Shown: positions 62,138-64,000 of the stretch, piece by piece
How the letters are laid out: every line of letters begins with the position of its first letter
Position numbering within the stretch: the stretch's first letter is position 1
Source of the DNA: Octopus sinensis
Lineage: Eukaryota
Length of the DNA stretch: 64,000 bases
Assembly: GCF_006345805.1 (NCBI RefSeq)
Contig: NC_043013.1
Location: 42,718,001 to 42,782,000 of the forward strand
Direction of reading: 5' to 3'
Made by a program: the position numbers and the translations under genes
Notes under the pieces: model-generated
What the model saw: only the letters and a program-made list of their open reading frames with translations
Told to the model about the DNA's origin: nothing
Databases searched by the model: none

Positions 62138-64000
62138 ATGGCTAAGCTGGGTTGTATAAATGTACGTGGAATGGGGTCGAAACGGTAACAAATTTGTTTC
62201 CTGAACGACCTCACGACACATGGTGTAGATATTGCTATTGCAACCGAGTCCAAGATGAGCGAGACCCAAGCGTTCTCGCCTCTTCTAAATGGTTTCGAGA
62301 AATTTATTTCTCCTAGCCGAGGAGGAGGCAGAGGCGTGGCAGTCTTCATCAGGAAGAGCTTGGACTTGCAGGTAAGTACTGTCTTTCTGGACCCAGAAGG
62401 CAGGCTGGTTGTCCTGGATGTGACTCACGTAAGTAAACAGTCCTTCAGGTTGGTAGCTGTCTACGCCCCGAACGAGGGTAGACAGACGGGTTTTTTTCGG
62501 AACCTGGAGCCCTTTTTAGCGACGTCGAAAACAGTAATCCTAGTAGGGGACTTTAACACTGTCCTTGAAGCGCACATCGACAATGTTGGCTCAACCAATA
62601 GGAAGGGGAACCCTAGCCTCAAGGGTCTACTAGAGAGCTTTGATCTAGTGGACCGTTACCGACTGGATGAGCCGAGCGTTCCACAGTGGACGTGGAGTAA
62701 CAACGACGGCTCACACAGATCGTATCTAGATAGGATATTTATTAAGAAAAGAGATAAGGATACGTTTAGTTGTCCACATTTCATATTGTACCTTACTCGG
62801 ATCACAAATTTGTGACGTGTGAGGTGCAATTAGACAAGTGTCATAGACAGGGACCCGGGTACTGGAAGCTGAACAAGGCTATTTTGAATTGTGAAGACTT
62901 CCGTACCCGGATTAAGGTGTTAGTTCAGAGGGCATTGTGTGGCACCATCATTAACAATAGATGGTGGCACGCCCTCAAAAGAGCCATTCGTTTAGAGTCC
63001 GTTAGATTTAGAAATCAGCTAAGGATAGATAGGGCTAGTCTAGAGGGCGATTTAGTTAAGAATCTAGACGAGGCAATGGAAGCTGGCTCTGCATCCGGAG
63101 TGATGGCGGCAAGGACGGTATTGTACCGTCACCTTAACTCCAAACACGAAGGTTGCAGAGTCAGAGCTAAGCTACGCGCTGGGAAACGAGAAGGTATTAA
63201 CGTGGCCGGATGGGCCCGTCGTGTGGAGAGTCAGAGAGGCAACAGAGCCTCAATCAAATCTTTGACTGACGAACAGGGACAAAAGATCTATGGACAGGAG
63301 GAGATGCAAAAGTTTCTTCACCAGCATTTCGCTCGCGTGTTCGGGGGTGGTGGTTCGCTGGATCGGGGGAGAGCCTTAAAGGACTTCCTAGCCGGCGGAC
63401 CGCGGCTCGCGGGGCGTGAGGTGGAGTGCTGTGAAGGAGCGATCACTCCCGCGGAGATAAGGGAGATACTGGCCGGATGCGCCGGGGAGAAGTCGCCGGG
63501 GTTGGATGGTCTGCCCTACGAGTTTTACCAAAGTATGCCGGACTTGTTCGGGGGAATACTGGCGGGCGTCTACACGAACTGGCAGCAGAACGGGAGAATT
63601 CCCAGTTCTGTAAGCCGGGGAGTGGTGACGCTAATCCAGAAAGACCCGAGCAAGGGGGATAATATTAGTAATTATAGGCCCATAACTCTACTTAATGTAG
63701 AGTTAAAGATTTTGGCCAAGGTGTTAGCAAAAAGGTTGACGGTTGTCGTGGAGAAACTTGTAGGGAGAGCACAGACATGTGCAATTCCAGGCAGGTCGAT
63801 CCAGGACAATCTTCACCTTATACGCTACACCTTAGATAGGGTGGGTAAATTAGCCGGCAAAGGCGGGGTAATGGTCCATTTAAACCAAAGTAAAGCCTTC
63901 GATAGGGTAGACCATGGGTACCTGGCGACGGTCCTCGAAGCGGCTGGGCTGGGCCCTGAATTTCGCGGGTGGATCTCCGCTATGTATAGCGGCATCAAGT
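62138..64000 (+). mobile_element. Tx1/L1-like LINE ORF2 (APE + RT), disrupted, runs off window
   Basis: MAKLGCINVRG, LVAVYAPN, LVGDFN, SYLDRIF, GPGYWKLN, KSPGLDGLPYEFY, NYRPITLLN, KAFDRVDH. In-frame TAA at codon 17 and a frameshift near 62790. Confidence 0.9.

Overview
This is AT-rich animal genomic DNA; the SINE families, (TA)n/(ATT)n microsatellites and Penelope remnants suggest an octopus or other cephalopod (inferred). It has three compartments. (1) 1-5522: the last six coding exons of methionine synthase reductase (MTRR, + strand; 5' exons lie outside the window). (2) 19442-42043: an 11-exon + strand gene that I spliced by hand into an uninterrupted 694-aa ORF. The product is predicted to be secreted: signal peptide, unassigned N-terminal domain, PA domain and a complete PNGase F (peptide:N-glycanase F)-like module with the catalytic residues conserved. 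Introns and the 5.7-19 kb spacer are saturated with four SINE families, piggyBac and Tc1-type MITEs, hammerhead-related Penelope-type relics and a 1.7-kb tandem duplication. (3) About 43.4-64 kb: a SINE-free nest of transposons (Tx1-like LINEs, Penelope, MULE, Gypsy/LTR), all on the + strand where orientation can be read. It contains an endogenous parvovirus/densovirus NS1 fragment whose Walker A motif is split by an LTR element with a 4-bp target-site duplication; this pattern resembles a uni-strand piRNA cluster or TE trap. Most ORFs in the supplied track are microsatellite or repeat read-through. All comparisons were made by eye from recalled family motifs; no searches were run. Repeat boundaries are approximate (about 10-20 bp) unless a TSD is stated.
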